Source: a virus
IMG/VR virus record: IMGVR_UViG_3300037424_002120
Location: 1 to 64,000 of that record
Direction: 5' to 3' (one strand)
Length of the DNA stretch: 64,000 nt
Notes under the pieces: generated by a model
The model's database searches: none
What the model was told of the DNA's origin: nothing
The model's input: only the letters and a program-made list of their open reading frames with translations
Position numbers and translations under genes: made by a program
Part shown: positions 1 through 10,337 of the stretch, one piece after another
Layout: every line of letters begins with the position of its first letter
How positions within the stretch are numbered: the stretch's first letter is position 1

Positions 1-1918
1 TAATTTTGAGACGATGCCAACTATCCGCGCCCAAGCTAATAGACGTAATATTTGTTATTGGATTATAACTGCCCGCTCCTGTACTATTAGTTCCTCGTGC
101 AAGCAAGAGTGATGTAAGTCCTACTGTTACACTGTATGCATATGAGTCGTTATTATTACCCCAATTTGTCGTACGGTAAACTAATCCTAATGCATAACTT
201 GAAGAAACTTGTACGTCGATTTCTGCTATAAAATTCGCCCATTGCCCTGCCTGATCAAAACGAGATCGTGCATCAGTTGCTTGGTCTGCTTTCATTCCCA
301 ATGTTTTTTGAAAAGCAAAGTGGCTTGGACTGGATGTTCCGTAGAGCGTTTGCGAGAAGCCATTGTCATAATTTTGGGTGTATCCCAAAATCGAGACGCC
401 TCCTCCAGACAACCCTTGCGTATTGCTGTAAGTGCCTAGATTGAAATTTGCTTGTGTTGTTGCAGTGGTGATGCTATCTGACTTTGTTGCTTGATATGCA
501 GGATTGATGCGCATATTAAAGCCAGAAAAATATGGTGCTATTGTTGGATCAATACCAAGGAGCAGATTTATACGATATTGAATAGTGCGTGACGAAACAC
601 TCATACCCGCTTGCAAATTTGGAATAATTGAATTATTCGCGATTGATTGCCAGCTTGCCCCTGCATCAATAGAAGTTTGCACGGTAGCAGCAGGTGATGT
701 TGCGCTGCTGTTTATTTGAGCCTGTACTACAGCATTATTCGCTCCAACTTCTGTATTTTTTATTTGCCAATTCATATAGGATGACTGAACTATTTTAGCG
801 GTATCAATAGAAACTGTGCCTACTATGTAGTTCATCACATTGTCATATGCGGTTACTGCTGACACAGAAATATTCGAGTATCCTCTGTTCTGCAATTGAG
901 CATTCGCCTGTAACGTGTTTTGCGTGCTATCAAATATATGAGTTTTTAAAACATATGATCCACCAGATACGGTATACATCTGTATATTTCTAAAATAGGC
1001 TATGTATGTGCCTTGCGTATCACCTTCAAATGCTATTGAAATATATTGTAGAGTCTTTCCTGATAGCGTGCTTCCTAAGCCAATTATTCGCTGATACCAA
1101 GCATTCGTATTGGCATATCCAGAGAGATCGGTACTCGGATGTGGAGGCAAACCTTGACTATCTGTATTCCCCGTCGCGTTATCACGCCATGTTGTTCCAT
1201 CTGTGCAAACAACATCTACGCCTGCCATAATTTGAGGTGAGTCTGATTGTATCCAAACATCATAAAAAAGCGTATCCGTCGAACCTATCGAAGAGCTTCC
1301 GTCACTATAAATCATTCTATAGGTGTAGTTATTATTATAGCCCTGCGAAGCTATTCCAACAAACTTGATAACAGGAGCCGTGTCAGAAATAATACCACCA
1401 GCATTCGTATAAACCACGGGAGAACCTGCAAGCGCTAGCTCCAAATCACCGCCAAGATTAGAGGTTGCTACAGTGTTATTAAGTATTCCCTGTGCAAAAT
1501 CTGTTTGTGTGTTGTCATCACGTATCGCATAGTTGGCTACTACCCCATCTTGAGAGAGATGATCGTTTACCATGCTAACAGCAGCGATACCTGCATATTG
1601 GTTTGTAATAATTCTGTTGCTCGTCTTTTCCCCTGCTAAGCTTTGGTTATCGACACAATCCAATGACCATGCTAGCGCCGCATTTGCAGCATACTTGACA
1701 GCTACTGCTTTCGCAATAAAACCGGTAAATTTGACGCCTTCCACTGTGTCGGTTATAGTAACAGGTTGCCTAAATTGAAATGAATAAGTGCCGTTTGCAT
1801 CAAAAACAGTGAGTCGCACAGTAGAACGCTCATCTACCTTGTCATCAAGAGAATAAGTAGTGTTTAGCACAGAATAGACTGTATTGGAGATAGTAGCTGT
1901 AAGATTTGTCGCCGTCAT
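1..1918 (-). CDS. Tail/baseplate (Dit/Tal or receptor-binding) protein, partial, runs off the left edge
   Basis: ATG at 1918 overlaps the tape-measure stop (MTATNLTATISNTVYSVL...). The same frame is still open at the window edge (...ITNITSISLGADSWHRLKI). Position is directly after the TMP. Not in the ORF track, presumably because it has no stop in the window. Confidence 0.75.
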   Translation of the reverse strand, partial: MTATNLTATISNTVYSVLNTTYSLDDKVDERSTVRLTVFDANGTYSFQFRQPVTITDTVEGVKFTGFIAKAVAVKYAANAALAWSLDCVDNQSLAGEKTSNRIITNQYAGIAAVSMVNDHLSQDGVVANYAIRDDNTQTDFAQGILNNTVATSNLGGDLELALAGSPVVYTNAGGIISDTAPVIKFVGIASQGYNNNYTYRMIYSDGSSSIGSTDTLFYDVWIQSDSPQIMAGVDVVCTDGTTWRDNATGNTDSQGLPPHPSTDLSGYANTNAWYQRIIGLGSTLSGKTLQYISIAFEGDTQGTYIAYFRNIQMYTVSGGSYVLKTHIFDSTQNTLQANAQLQNRGYSNISVSAVTAYDNVMNYIVGTVSIDTAKIVQSSYMNWQIKNTEVGANNAVVQAQINSSATSPAATVQTSIDAGASWQSIANNSIIPNLQAGMSVSSRTIQYRINLLLGIDPTIAPYFSGFNMRINPAYQATKSDSITTATTQANFNLGTYSNTQGLSGGGVSILGYTQNYDNGFSQTLYGTSSPSHFAFQKTLGMKADQATDARSRFDQAGQWANFIAEIDVQVSSSYALGLVYRTTNWGNNNDSYAYSVTVGLTSLLLARGTNSTGAGSYNPITNITSISLGADSWHRLKI

Positions 1919-4900
1919 CTTGAGCGCATATCTCCCTTCAGTCTTATCATGTTTGCCATATGTGGAGCCAAGCGATTAGTCACTTCATGACCGTCCAAAT
2001 AGATAGCTCCTGGTTGGACTTGCACGATAATCGGCTGGGCGGAGGAAGCGGCTTGCATGGCCTTACCACCTGCAAGTGAAGCGTAATTGAGCTGAGAATT
2101 AAGAGCAGACGGGCTAAGTGCAACTGATATTGGTTTAGCAAGCAACGCTGCTGCACTTTGGATTTTAGAAACATTAGCCTTTAGACCAGCTGCAAGCAGG
2201 TTTCCAAAGTCAGGCATCCACTTATCCGCATCTGCCAAAGGACCGATGTCAGGTTTACTGAAATGCAAATTAGCGCTTATCGCACTTGCAATCTTAGATG
2301 CAGCATTGCCTACTGCTCCCACTCCTTTCAAAATTCCTTGTACAAACTGATTGATCATATCAATAGACCAGCCTCTAGCGTCAGCGGCAAGTGTCCCGAG
2401 TGAGTTTTTAATGCTAGCGGCGAGATTGTCTGAGGCACTTTTGATTTTGCCTACATTGGAGTTCATGCCGTCACTGAGCATAGCAACCATATTTGGCATC
2501 CAGTTATCAGCATCGGACCCAGGCCCTTCTTTTGCAGGACTGTGGAAGCCAAGCGCCTTCCAAATCGTATTGGCAATGTTAACCACTGCGTTCCAGATCG
2601 AACCGACACCAGAGTTTATACCGTTTACTATCATCTGTATAAAGTTTTTGCCGGATTGTAGAGCATGATTGCCAAGATTAACAAACCATGTGCTGATTGA
2701 ATTCCAGAGACCAGAGAGCGGACTAGAGACATAAGAGTTCCATGCGCTTGAGAAGACATTGGAGATGCTAGTCCATAACGCAGTCAGAGGTTTAACAATG
2801 TAGGTATTCCATGCATTAGTAAAGAGCGCTGCAATTTGGTTCCATACATCGGTAACGAAGCCAACCGCCTTGACCCAGCCGTCATGAACAGCCGTGGCGA
2901 TTTTGTTCCATAGATCAGTGGCGAACTTGGCAACGGCAGTCCAGACCCCTACCAACCATGTACTTACAGTAGTCCACACACTAACTAGCCAATCCCATGC
3001 AACTTTCACAGCGCCCGTAATTGCGCCAGACACCTGTTTCCATAGATCAGTGGCGAACTTGGCAACGGCAGTCCAGACCCCTACCAACCATGTACTTACA
3101 GTAGTCCACACACTAACTAGCCAATCCCATGCAACTTTCACAGCGCCCGTAATTGCGCCAGACACCTGTTTCCATAGATCAGTGGCGAACTTGGCAACGG
3201 CAGTCCAAGCCCCTACCAACCAGTTAATTGAAGCCGTCCACGCCATCTTTATCCAATCAAGACATCCCTTGAAGAAATCGACAATATGGTCAACAAGCGC
3301 TTTGATATAATAGTTATGGTTATACAGCCATATAAACAATTGACCTATGGCAATGAATGGATAAATCAAGGCCGATAGGACGGCTAATGCACCCGCCTTA
3401 ACACCAGCAACAATCCCTTTCCATGCTTCCTTTGAAAACGAAACAATCCCTTTCCATGCCCCATTTACAGCTGTTGATATCTCGTTCCATTTGTCTTGAA
3501 ATACCTGCCCCACTGGTCCAAATGCATTTATAATTGCATTTTTAGCTTCTGTGAATTTACCTTGGAACCATTGGCCCGCTTCTCCCCACCATTTTTTGAT
3601 TTCATTCCATCTATCGTTAAACCACCCGCCCACGGGTGCGAATACGCCTTTGATCCAATTCCATGCATCTATCGCTCGATCAGATATCCAGTGCCATGCG
3701 GCTTCAAACCCGTACTTGATACCATCTCCCATGCGCACTATCCATGGTTTTTGAGCTTCCTCCATTTCAGCATGAAGCTCTTTTTGCTTGGCAAGTTGCG
3801 CTTTTTTGTCGTCTTCTGCTTTTTTTAATTTTGCTACTTGCGCTTGTTCCTGAGACACTAACATATTGTATTGATGTGTAAGTTCTGCTTTTTCTGTTTC
3901 ATCATGGCTTTCCATTAATTTCTGACGAATGCCTATTTTCTCTTTTTCCATATTGTTGATAGCTGCTTGTGCGCCTTTTGCTGTGTTCTCATCTTGTGCT
4001 ATCCTCATCTTGACGTGTGACTGCTCCACACCTATGCGTGTTTCGTTTGTCTTTCCTGTTATCCACCCCATAATATCGCCCCAATGCTGTACGACGAGGA
4101 TGATACCTGCAACAACAAGGGCTATAGCAGCTCCGATAGCAATAATAGGCAATGTAGCTGCTATAGTGGTTATAGCAGCTGCACCTGCTGCTATAGCCCA
4201 AGAGGTAAATCCTATAACTATAAGTGCGAATGATATAGCTGCAAAAGCCACTGAAATACCTATGAATAGGTCTTTAAATATTTGTGCTTGAATGCTGTCA
4301 TCTCTGAGAAATGATGTAAGATCTTTGATACCTTTACCAAAAGCACTTATAGCAGGAACAATATGCTCATGCAAAACAGATCCAAATGCTCTAAAAGTTT
4401 TTGCGAGTATGTCAAGCGATTCGTGTTCTGCCAATGTGTCTTGATTAAACAGTTTGAATATGTTAACCACGGGCGCAGTGGCTTCCCATAAGTTTAGAAT
4501 TGCACCACCAACATCTCCCAAGGATCCTAGAAGCTCACTAAGACCCGATGCAAATGATTTAAAAGCAGGTTGCTGAAGAACCTGCATAAACTCCCTAAAC
4601 CACGGTACAACGTTGTTTTCCACGAATTGACCTACCAATTGTAGAGCACCACCGACCTTCTCTCCCATATCCGTGGCGAATTGCTGTACCGCAGGAGTTT
4701 GCATCCATCCTGCAAGATTTGCTAAGCTATTTCTTGTCATATCGAGAAGGGAACCGGTTCTAATCATCCCTCCATCAAGACCTAAAAATGAGTTAAGCGC
4801 GTTCTTGATATATCCTGAGAGAGTAGAAATAATACCGGAGAGGGAGCTTGCTTGCTTTGCCATGCCCCCCTGGTATAGCGGGTTCATCTCAATGCCCTTG

Positions 4901-6246
4901 GTTAGGGCGTCTATTGCGTCCTTTGCAGGCAATAAACCGGCACTAGCTAGTTCTCTGACTTCTTCAGTGGTCTTACCCATTGCAGCGCCAATGGCACCCG
5001 CCGCGTCAATACCGTGCGTGGCTAGTTGTGAAAGATCTCCGTATGTCATTTTGCCTGCAATATTAATTTTGCCGATAACATCGACTACTGAAGACATTTC
5101 TGCTGCGGTACCATGACCAATGGCAAATAGAGCATCTCCTAACGCTGTCATGATTGGTATAGTTTGATCGCCACTGATCTTCATACCCATCAGTTGTGCT
5201 GCATATTCCTGCACATTCTGAGGTTCAAAAGGAGTAACATCTGCAAAATGATTAAGTTCCTTTATCGTAGCAGTAGCGGCCTCTGCTGACCCAGTAAGAG
5301 TTGTAAAAGCAATGCCAAGCTGTTCAGCAGACATTACAGGCCCCAACAGTGCGCTTGCTGTACTCATTGCCATGCTCACCATCGACTGAAAACCGGTAAT
5401 TGCTGAACCAACCTTAGATGCAAAATCTAGAAGTCCGCCAGCAGCATGACCAATACTGCTGGCAAAGCGGCTTACGCCTGAGACAGCGGGACCACCCACA
5501 TTACTGGCAAAATTGCTTATGTGAGCACCACCACTTTGAATTTTGCTAATAAAGCTGCTCAAAGGGCCCGATACTGCCTCACTGACATTAGAAGACAGGC
5601 TCTTCACACCGCGAATGAAATCATTCAAAGGTCCAGATGCTGCTTTACTAATATCAGACGAAAAACTTTGAATACTACTTGTAAATCTGCTAAATGCGCC
5701 GGATGCTGCTTCACTAACAGTAGAAGATAGGCGCTGTATACCACCAGCAAAAGCATTCATAGGACCCGAAACAGTATCGCTTATTCTAGATCCTATGCTC
5801 TGTATGCCGCTTACAAATCTATTGAACGGTCCCGAAACAGTGTCGCTTATTCTAGAGCCTATGCCCTGAACGCCACTTACAAATCTATTGAACGGGCCCG
5901 AAACAACCTCGCTGATCTTGGAGCCTATGCCCTGAACGCCACTCACAAAACCGGCAAAACGCCCTGAAATAACACCGCCAAGATTAGAAGCTAATTGCTG
6001 TAAGCTCCCTGTGATTACTCCCAGACTGGCTGAGAAAGATGAGGTGCTGTTACCAGCAGCAGATATTTTCCCAGATACAACAGCAGTAGCATTGCCAAGA
6101 TTGGTAATATTGGTAGTTACTCCACCAATATTACCTGAAAAACCTTGCAAGATGCTCGTGGCACTAGATACGGCGTTTGTAAGCGATGACAGATCGGCAG
6201 AAAATTTGACAGTGATGCCTTGCGATACCATGCCTCCTGCTGTCAT
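1915..6246 (-). CDS. Tail tape measure protein
   Basis: 1443 aa, Ala/Gly/Ser-rich, tape-measure motif (FTTLTGSAEAA...FADVTPFE), hydrophobic segments, periodic Trp/Phe repeats, follows the tail chaperones. Confidence 0.95.
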   Translation of the reverse strand: MTAGGMVSQGITVKFSADLSSLTNAVSSATSILQGFSGNIGGVTTNITNLGNATAVVSGKISAAGNSTSSFSASLGVITGSLQQLASNLGGVISGRFAGFVSGVQGIGSKISEVVSGPFNRFVSGVQGIGSRISDTVSGPFNRFVSGIQSIGSRISDTVSGPMNAFAGGIQRLSSTVSEAASGAFSRFTSSIQSFSSDISKAASGPLNDFIRGVKSLSSNVSEAVSGPLSSFISKIQSGGAHISNFASNVGGPAVSGVSRFASSIGHAAGGLLDFASKVGSAITGFQSMVSMAMSTASALLGPVMSAEQLGIAFTTLTGSAEAATATIKELNHFADVTPFEPQNVQEYAAQLMGMKISGDQTIPIMTALGDALFAIGHGTAAEMSSVVDVIGKINIAGKMTYGDLSQLATHGIDAAGAIGAAMGKTTEEVRELASAGLLPAKDAIDALTKGIEMNPLYQGGMAKQASSLSGIISTLSGYIKNALNSFLGLDGGMIRTGSLLDMTRNSLANLAGWMQTPAVQQFATDMGEKVGGALQLVGQFVENNVVPWFREFMQVLQQPAFKSFASGLSELLGSLGDVGGAILNLWEATAPVVNIFKLFNQDTLAEHESLDILAKTFRAFGSVLHEHIVPAISAFGKGIKDLTSFLRDDSIQAQIFKDLFIGISVAFAAISFALIVIGFTSWAIAAGAAAITTIAATLPIIAIGAAIALVVAGIILVVQHWGDIMGWITGKTNETRIGVEQSHVKMRIAQDENTAKGAQAAINNMEKEKIGIRQKLMESHDETEKAELTHQYNMLVSQEQAQVAKLKKAEDDKKAQLAKQKELHAEMEEAQKPWIVRMGDGIKYGFEAAWHWISDRAIDAWNWIKGVFAPVGGWFNDRWNEIKKWWGEAGQWFQGKFTEAKNAIINAFGPVGQVFQDKWNEISTAVNGAWKGIVSFSKEAWKGIVAGVKAGALAVLSALIYPFIAIGQLFIWLYNHNYYIKALVDHIVDFFKGCLDWIKMAWTASINWLVGAWTAVAKFATDLWKQVSGAITGAVKVAWDWLVSVWTTVSTWLVGVWTAVAKFATDLWKQVSGAITGAVKVAWDWLVSVWTTVSTWLVGVWTAVAKFATDLWNKIATAVHDGWVKAVGFVTDVWNQIAALFTNAWNTYIVKPLTALWTSISNVFSSAWNSYVSSPLSGLWNSISTWFVNLGNHALQSGKNFIQMIVNGINSGVGSIWNAVVNIANTIWKALGFHSPAKEGPGSDADNWMPNMVAMLSDGMNSNVGKIKSASDNLAASIKNSLGTLAADARGWSIDMINQFVQGILKGVGAVGNAASKIASAISANLHFSKPDIGPLADADKWMPDFGNLLAAGLKANVSKIQSAAALLAKPISVALSPSALNSQLNYASLAGGKAMQAASSAQPIIVQVQPGAIYLDGHEVTNRLAPHMANMIRLKGDMRSR
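2907..3208. repeat. 132-bp (44-aa) tandem repeat inside the tape measure gene, about 2.3 copies
   Basis: ttccatagatcagtggcgaacttggcaacggcagtcca recurs at about 2907, 3039 and 3171; peptide VAKFATDLWKQVSGAITGAVKVAWDWLVSVWTTVSTWLVGVWTA repeats. Confidence 0.9.
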
Positions 6247-6252
6247 AATTTG

Positions 6253-6441
6253 CTACCTCGCCTCTCGTTTTGCTTCTTCTATTGCTGCTTCAGAGTCTTC
6301 TTGTTCCATCTCATAGAATGTCATCCACTCAGTAAATTCTTGATTAGATAAGCATCCCATCATGTCTTCACGAGTACCGTTCCATCCGATTTCTCGTCTC
6401 AAGAAATAGGAAAAGCGGTATCGTGTATCCTCTAGTTTTTT
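6253..6441 (-). CDS. Tail assembly chaperone GT extension (reached by -1 frameshift)
   Basis: Overlaps the end of the upstream chaperone in the -1 frame (KKKLEDTRYRF...EFTEWMTFY); slippery A-AAA-AAC at 6435-6441. Confidence 0.8.
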   Translation of the reverse strand, partial: KKLEDTRYRFSYFLRREIGWNGTREDMMGCLSNQEFTEWMTFYEMEQEDSEAAIEEAKREAR

Positions 6442-6800
6442 CTTGCTTGCTCCTGGGTGAGACCGCTGCTCTCGCGGATTGCATTTCCTAGCGGCTGTAG
6501 TACAAGTAGTCCCCACTCTGCAATGGCATCTATGTGATTGTCGGTAAAAATGCGTTCCTTTGTTTCATACATCACTAATGCTCTTGATACCATCCCTGCA
6601 AGAGTTGATACCTCATTGGTCTGTCCATCAGGACCTTTGCTCGCATTTTGCGCAAACTCCACATCTTTTGCAGACAGCTCGACAAGAGCAAGCTGATCAT
6701 CAATCTCTTCTAGATCTGGCAATGAAACTTCAAGCTTGATCAAGCGCTTTTTTCGATTAAGCAGTTTTTCTTGTATTTGCTCTTTTGTGAACTTTGCCAT
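6432..6800 (-). CDS. Tail assembly chaperone G
   Basis: 122-aa ORF between the tail tube genes and the TMP; ends in slippery AAAAAAC-TAG. Confidence 0.85.
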   Translation of the reverse strand: MAKFTKEQIQEKLLNRKKRLIKLEVSLPDLEEIDDQLALVELSAKDVEFAQNASKGPDGQTNEVSTLAGMVSRALVMYETKERIFTDNHIDAIAEWGLLVLQPLGNAIRESSGLTQEQARKN

Positions 6801-6813
6801 AAAATATCCTATC

Positions 6814-7740
6814 TTAGTTGCTGAAAAATTCGTTGGTCAGTTTAAACGTCAAATCTTCGGCTACAACTGACTTAACGTCAGACTTGATATTGCAGTCAGT
6901 TGCGTAGACATAGCCTTCGAAACGTCGGCCTGATGCAGTTTCGAAGCTCAACACGAGGAGGTCACGCGCGGTTACTGATGCCGATCGTGTTGTATTAAGC
7001 CACCAGTCGGTACATTTGAGCGTGCCGCCAAGCTGACCTCCAATATATGCTTCGACGCCAGTTGAACTGTATACAGTGACATCAAGTGCAGCAACCTTTG
7101 CTGAGTACTCTGCTGAGTGAGCATTGCCAAGCGCGGCATAGGCATAATAGGAGCCACTCGATAGTTGAACTGTAGTCCCCTGTGCATTGGCAGAATTGAA
7201 TATCACGATGCCACCAGCATGTTTAACGGTATATGTAGTTGAAGCAACAGTAGTAAACCCGCTACCATCTTGCACAAGCGCAATAGCCACATTTGGACTT
7301 GAACCGCCTGTGAGACTATTTGTGCCAAGAGTTATCAAAGCCTGGTTAGCATTGCCTTTGCTGCTTATAAACTCAACTGTCCATGGTCCGCCTGCGCTAC
7401 CAGTCACACTTGCGTTACCACTGCCGATACTTGCCAAAGCAGTCAGCGCAGTTTGCACAGTAGCGGCACTTGCATTGTAAGCAATAGTTGATGTGGTATT
7501 AGCACCAAAGGTAAGCGTAAACGTACCACCTGTGGGGGAGCCTGTGATGGTCACCGTCTGTACTTCATCATGCTCAACTTGCACGACCATCGCGGTATTT
7601 ATGTCTATATAGCGTTTTGCGCTATTTGTTATCGTATATTTGGTCTTATCGCCGCTATCAGTCATTGCCTCGTTCGTGAAGGCAACGGCAGGTTGTGCAG
7701 TGATGTTTATTGTTGTGTTGAACGCCGCTTCAGCAGCCAT
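6814..7740 (-). CDS. Second tail-tube-like protein with an inserted accessory domain
   Basis: C-terminal ~110 aa align by eye to the 131-aa tube protein (YIGG, KSDVK motifs); internal EVQTVTITGSPTGGTFTLTF beta-rich domain. Confidence 0.7.
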   Translation of the reverse strand: MAAEAAFNTTINITAQPAVAFTNEAMTDSGDKTKYTITNSAKRYIDINTAMVVQVEHDEVQTVTITGSPTGGTFTLTFGANTTSTIAYNASAATVQTALTALASIGSGNASVTGSAGGPWTVEFISSKGNANQALITLGTNSLTGGSSPNVAIALVQDGSGFTTVASTTYTVKHAGGIVIFNSANAQGTTVQLSSGSYYAYAALGNAHSAEYSAKVAALDVTVYSSTGVEAYIGGQLGGTLKCTDWWLNTTRSASVTARDLLVLSFETASGRRFEGYVYATDCNIKSDVKSVVAEDLTFKLTNEFFSN

Positions 7741-7758
7741 CTTGCACCTCTATTGCCG

Positions 7759-8154
7759 TTAAACGATTGTTACGGTACCGGAGAGCTTCATGTCCCAGTC
7801 AGCTGAAATCAAACCTTTCACATCGCTTTTGACGTTGTATGATGTTATCAGACAAGGCATGGCATAGGTATGTGCACCCGAATCTCCTACTACAAACGTG
7901 AAAGTGGTAATAGTACGTGCATAAAAGTTAGTTTCGATCGTGCTTTGCCCTGTATCCGCCTTGTCATACTGGCCACTAAGTTTGTAATCCCCACTGAGCA
8001 AGCCACCAATGTAGGACTCAGTACCTGGAGTTGATGCGCTAAATGACGTTGTATCCAATGATGCTATCTTTGCAGATAAATCTTGGCTTTTGACGTTATT
8101 AATAACTGTTGCCCCTACTTTGCAACTGGACAAATATCCCGCTGTTGCCGCCAT
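7759..8154 (-). CDS. Major tail (tube) protein
   Basis: 131 aa, Thr/Ser-rich, LDTTSF...YIGGL...KLSG pattern, located after the tail terminator. Confidence 0.75.
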   Translation of the reverse strand: MAATAGYLSSCKVGATVINNVKSQDLSAKIASLDTTSFSASTPGTESYIGGLLSGDYKLSGQYDKADTGQSTIETNFYARTITTFTFVVGDSGAHTYAMPCLITSYNVKSDVKGLISADWDMKLSGTVTIV

Positions 8155-8163
8155 AATTGCCTC

Positions 8164-8601
8164 CTATGCTTCTTGCGTAAAAGTAGTATATTGGCACATG
8201 AAACGCCGTATACGTTCATCGCCTGGGTCCGACAACGGCCGACCAAGAGAATACAGTGTGTAGACATGAGCATGCGTTGCCAGCGATAGATGCTGTTGAT
8301 CGAACAAAGTATTGATGACGTTTAAAATGCTGTAGCACTCTTTATATCCACCATAGATACTCCAGATATCCATCTGGATGGTCGACGCATAACCTCGTGT
8401 GCCGAATACGTTGTCTGGTCGTTCTCCTGCTCCTGAGAATAGAGTGATGTACGGAAAGGCTTGGTTTTCTGGCAGATATCCAAAGTCGAATACACCAGTC
8501 ACGCCCAGTGTCGCAAGATCCGATTGGAGCGATCCGCTTGGCTTCAGCTTTGCATAGAATGCTGTTTGTAATTCAGACAATGAGGTACGCGTTGCCGTCA
8601 T
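8164..8601 (-). CDS. Tail terminator/completion protein (DUF3168-like)
   Basis: LQTAFYAKL...VFD...FPYITL...IQMDIWS pattern and synteny. Confidence 0.8.
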   Translation of the reverse strand: MTATRTSLSELQTAFYAKLKPSGSLQSDLATLGVTGVFDFGYLPENQAFPYITLFSGAGERPDNVFGTRGYASTIQMDIWSIYGGYKECYSILNVINTLFDQQHLSLATHAHVYTLYSLGRPLSDPGDERIRRFMCQYTTFTQEA

Positions 8602-8933
8602 AGCTGTTTCATCTTTTCTTGCATGTGTTCAGATGCAATTTCAAACGACGGTGACATGAAAGGGTATGGACGGGATCGACGGGTACCATACTCTAATGAT
8701 GCTGAATACGGTGCTTGAGATGTTGTTGACGACTCAAGGTGTTCATGTTCGTCAATGATATGGTCACGGCAATATCCTGTATCGACCTGTACAACAGACC
8801 GAGCCTCATTTTTGCATTCCACAGCAGTTTCTTGCACGATCTGGTCAACATCATTCTCGAATTGCTGCATTGTTGCATTGAGACTGGCAATAACAGCATC
8901 AAGCCCCTCAATTTCAATGTTCATCATTTCCAC
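8598..8933 (-). CDS. HK97 gp10-like neck protein
   Basis: IEGLD...VDTG...YSASLEYGTRRSRPYPFMSP motif. Confidence 0.85.
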   Translation of the reverse strand: MEMMNIEIEGLDAVIASLNATMQQFENDVDQIVQETAVECKNEARSVVQVDTGYCRDHIIDEHEHLESSTTSQAPYSASLEYGTRRSRPYPFMSPSFEIASEHMQEKMKQL

Positions 8934-9949
8934 ACAACGGTAATATCCATTGTTCCTGTTGTTGTGATGCTCAAACCGGTTTTAAATGCAATATCATATA
9001 TATTGCTAAGGTACCCAATTGAAAGAATTGTGGAAGGGAAGGTAATAGTACCGATCTTGGGTGTTGTGTTTGTAACTGCATCATCAAATTCAATCACACC
9101 ACTTCCCACGGGAGTATTCACAACAATTGCATGCAATATTCCTTGGCCCGTCTTTACAAGCGTTGTTGTTGCAGTGGTGATGTTTGTATAATTGTACCCG
9201 CCTATGGTGACTATTCCTTGAATTCCCATCGCGACTGGCTTGAAAACGGCAGAGACGGCTGACCATGGTTTTGATGCGGCTATTGTCGCTTGCGGTATTA
9301 ATGGTGAGGGATTGGCTTGATACTGTGATAATGATGCAAAAGAATATAAACCTGCTGGAGTCGTTGTATCCAGCGAATCGTCAACTGTCCAACTCGTACC
9401 TGTGACAGCCGTAACAGCCTCAGCAGTAGTACCAACGCCTACACCAAGGAATACCAGCGAGTTTGGAGAGGAAGAAGTAATAGCCGATGTAGAGGCCGTT
9501 GTACCGGTACCGGTACCAGTCGACGATTGATCAGGCTGTGCGGTCACTTGTGCCAATAAGCCACTTACCTCATAAATCTCCATTCCCATTGACGCTGCGG
9601 TACCGGCATTTGTAACCGTAACCGTGTTTATGCCTCCAGTGATATTAACGGCGAAGAAGATAGCTGTCTCAAAGGTTGTGGAATTCGCGGCCCGCGCTGC
9701 GGACGTGTAGGTGTTACCAGCAGAATCGGCAACCGTTGGTGCCGTACCGTTGCCAACACCACAAACGACAATAATAGAATTACCGGCAGTATTGTCATTA
9801 GTAAAAGCCTTTGCTAATGTTGCAACTGAGCCAGTGCTTATATTGTTTGCTTTTTGCACAATAACTGGTGTGTTAATTGGCAAGCCTGTGTTGCTCAGAG
9901 ATAAGCCAGTAATAACTGGTGGTAGATACGGTGCTACTGGTATTGTCAT
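8924..9949 (-). CDS. Thr/Ala/Ser-rich beta-rich protein, probably a virion accessory or decoration protein
   Basis: 341 aa, inserted between the head-closure and gp10 genes; composition typical of virion surface proteins. Confidence 0.55.
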   Translation of the reverse strand: MTIPVAPYLPPVITGLSLSNTGLPINTPVIVQKANNISTGSVATLAKAFTNDNTAGNSIIVVCGVGNGTAPTVADSAGNTYTSAARAANSTTFETAIFFAVNITGGINTVTVTNAGTAASMGMEIYEVSGLLAQVTAQPDQSSTGTGTGTTASTSAITSSSPNSLVFLGVGVGTTAEAVTAVTGTSWTVDDSLDTTTPAGLYSFASLSQYQANPSPLIPQATIAASKPWSAVSAVFKPVAMGIQGIVTIGGYNYTNITTATTTLVKTGQGILHAIVVNTPVGSGVIEFDDAVTNTTPKIGTITFPSTILSIGYLSNIYDIAFKTGLSITTTGTMDITVVWK

Positions 9950-9964
9950 CTGTTGTTGCTCCTT

Positions 9965-10336
9965 CTAAAGCGACCCTTGCGCTTGCTGTTCTTCTGCTAA
10001 AATCTGTATTATTCTTTGCGCTTCTGCTGGGACAATAACATTGCGAATATTGTAAATGCGAGATCTATATAATATCCGCATTGATCCATCAATGTTTTGC
10101 GATGGCCTGTATCGTATCAAGAATTGTGATATATTCGATACATAGGTCTGTTGTCCTATGATCTTCTCAATGCCCTTCCAAGTTTTGATGTGTGCCATCG
10201 TTTTGATGTAATATGTCCAAGTTCTTGTTTTGCCTCCCATTCCATCACTGGTGTCAACGGGAGCTTGTATGATAATAGGACTATTAAAAGATCCTGATCC
10301 TACGGTTGTATCTGCCGTGCTTAATACATCTGGCAT
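9965..10336 (-). CDS. Head closure/stopper protein (SPP1 gp16-like)
   Basis: DGMGG...W...A.I...FLIRYR...MRILY..RIYNI motif. Confidence 0.85.
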   Translation of the reverse strand: MPDVLSTADTTVGSGSFNSPIIIQAPVDTSDGMGGKTRTWTYYIKTMAHIKTWKGIEKIIGQQTYVSNISQFLIRYRPSQNIDGSMRILYRSRIYNIRNVIVPAEAQRIIQILAEEQQAQGSL

Positions 10337-10337
10337 A

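Noticed and set aside
2907-3208. Diversity-generating retroelement template/variable repeat pair
   Set aside because: Repeats are tandem, in-frame and near-identical without adenine-specific changes, and no reverse transcriptase is present
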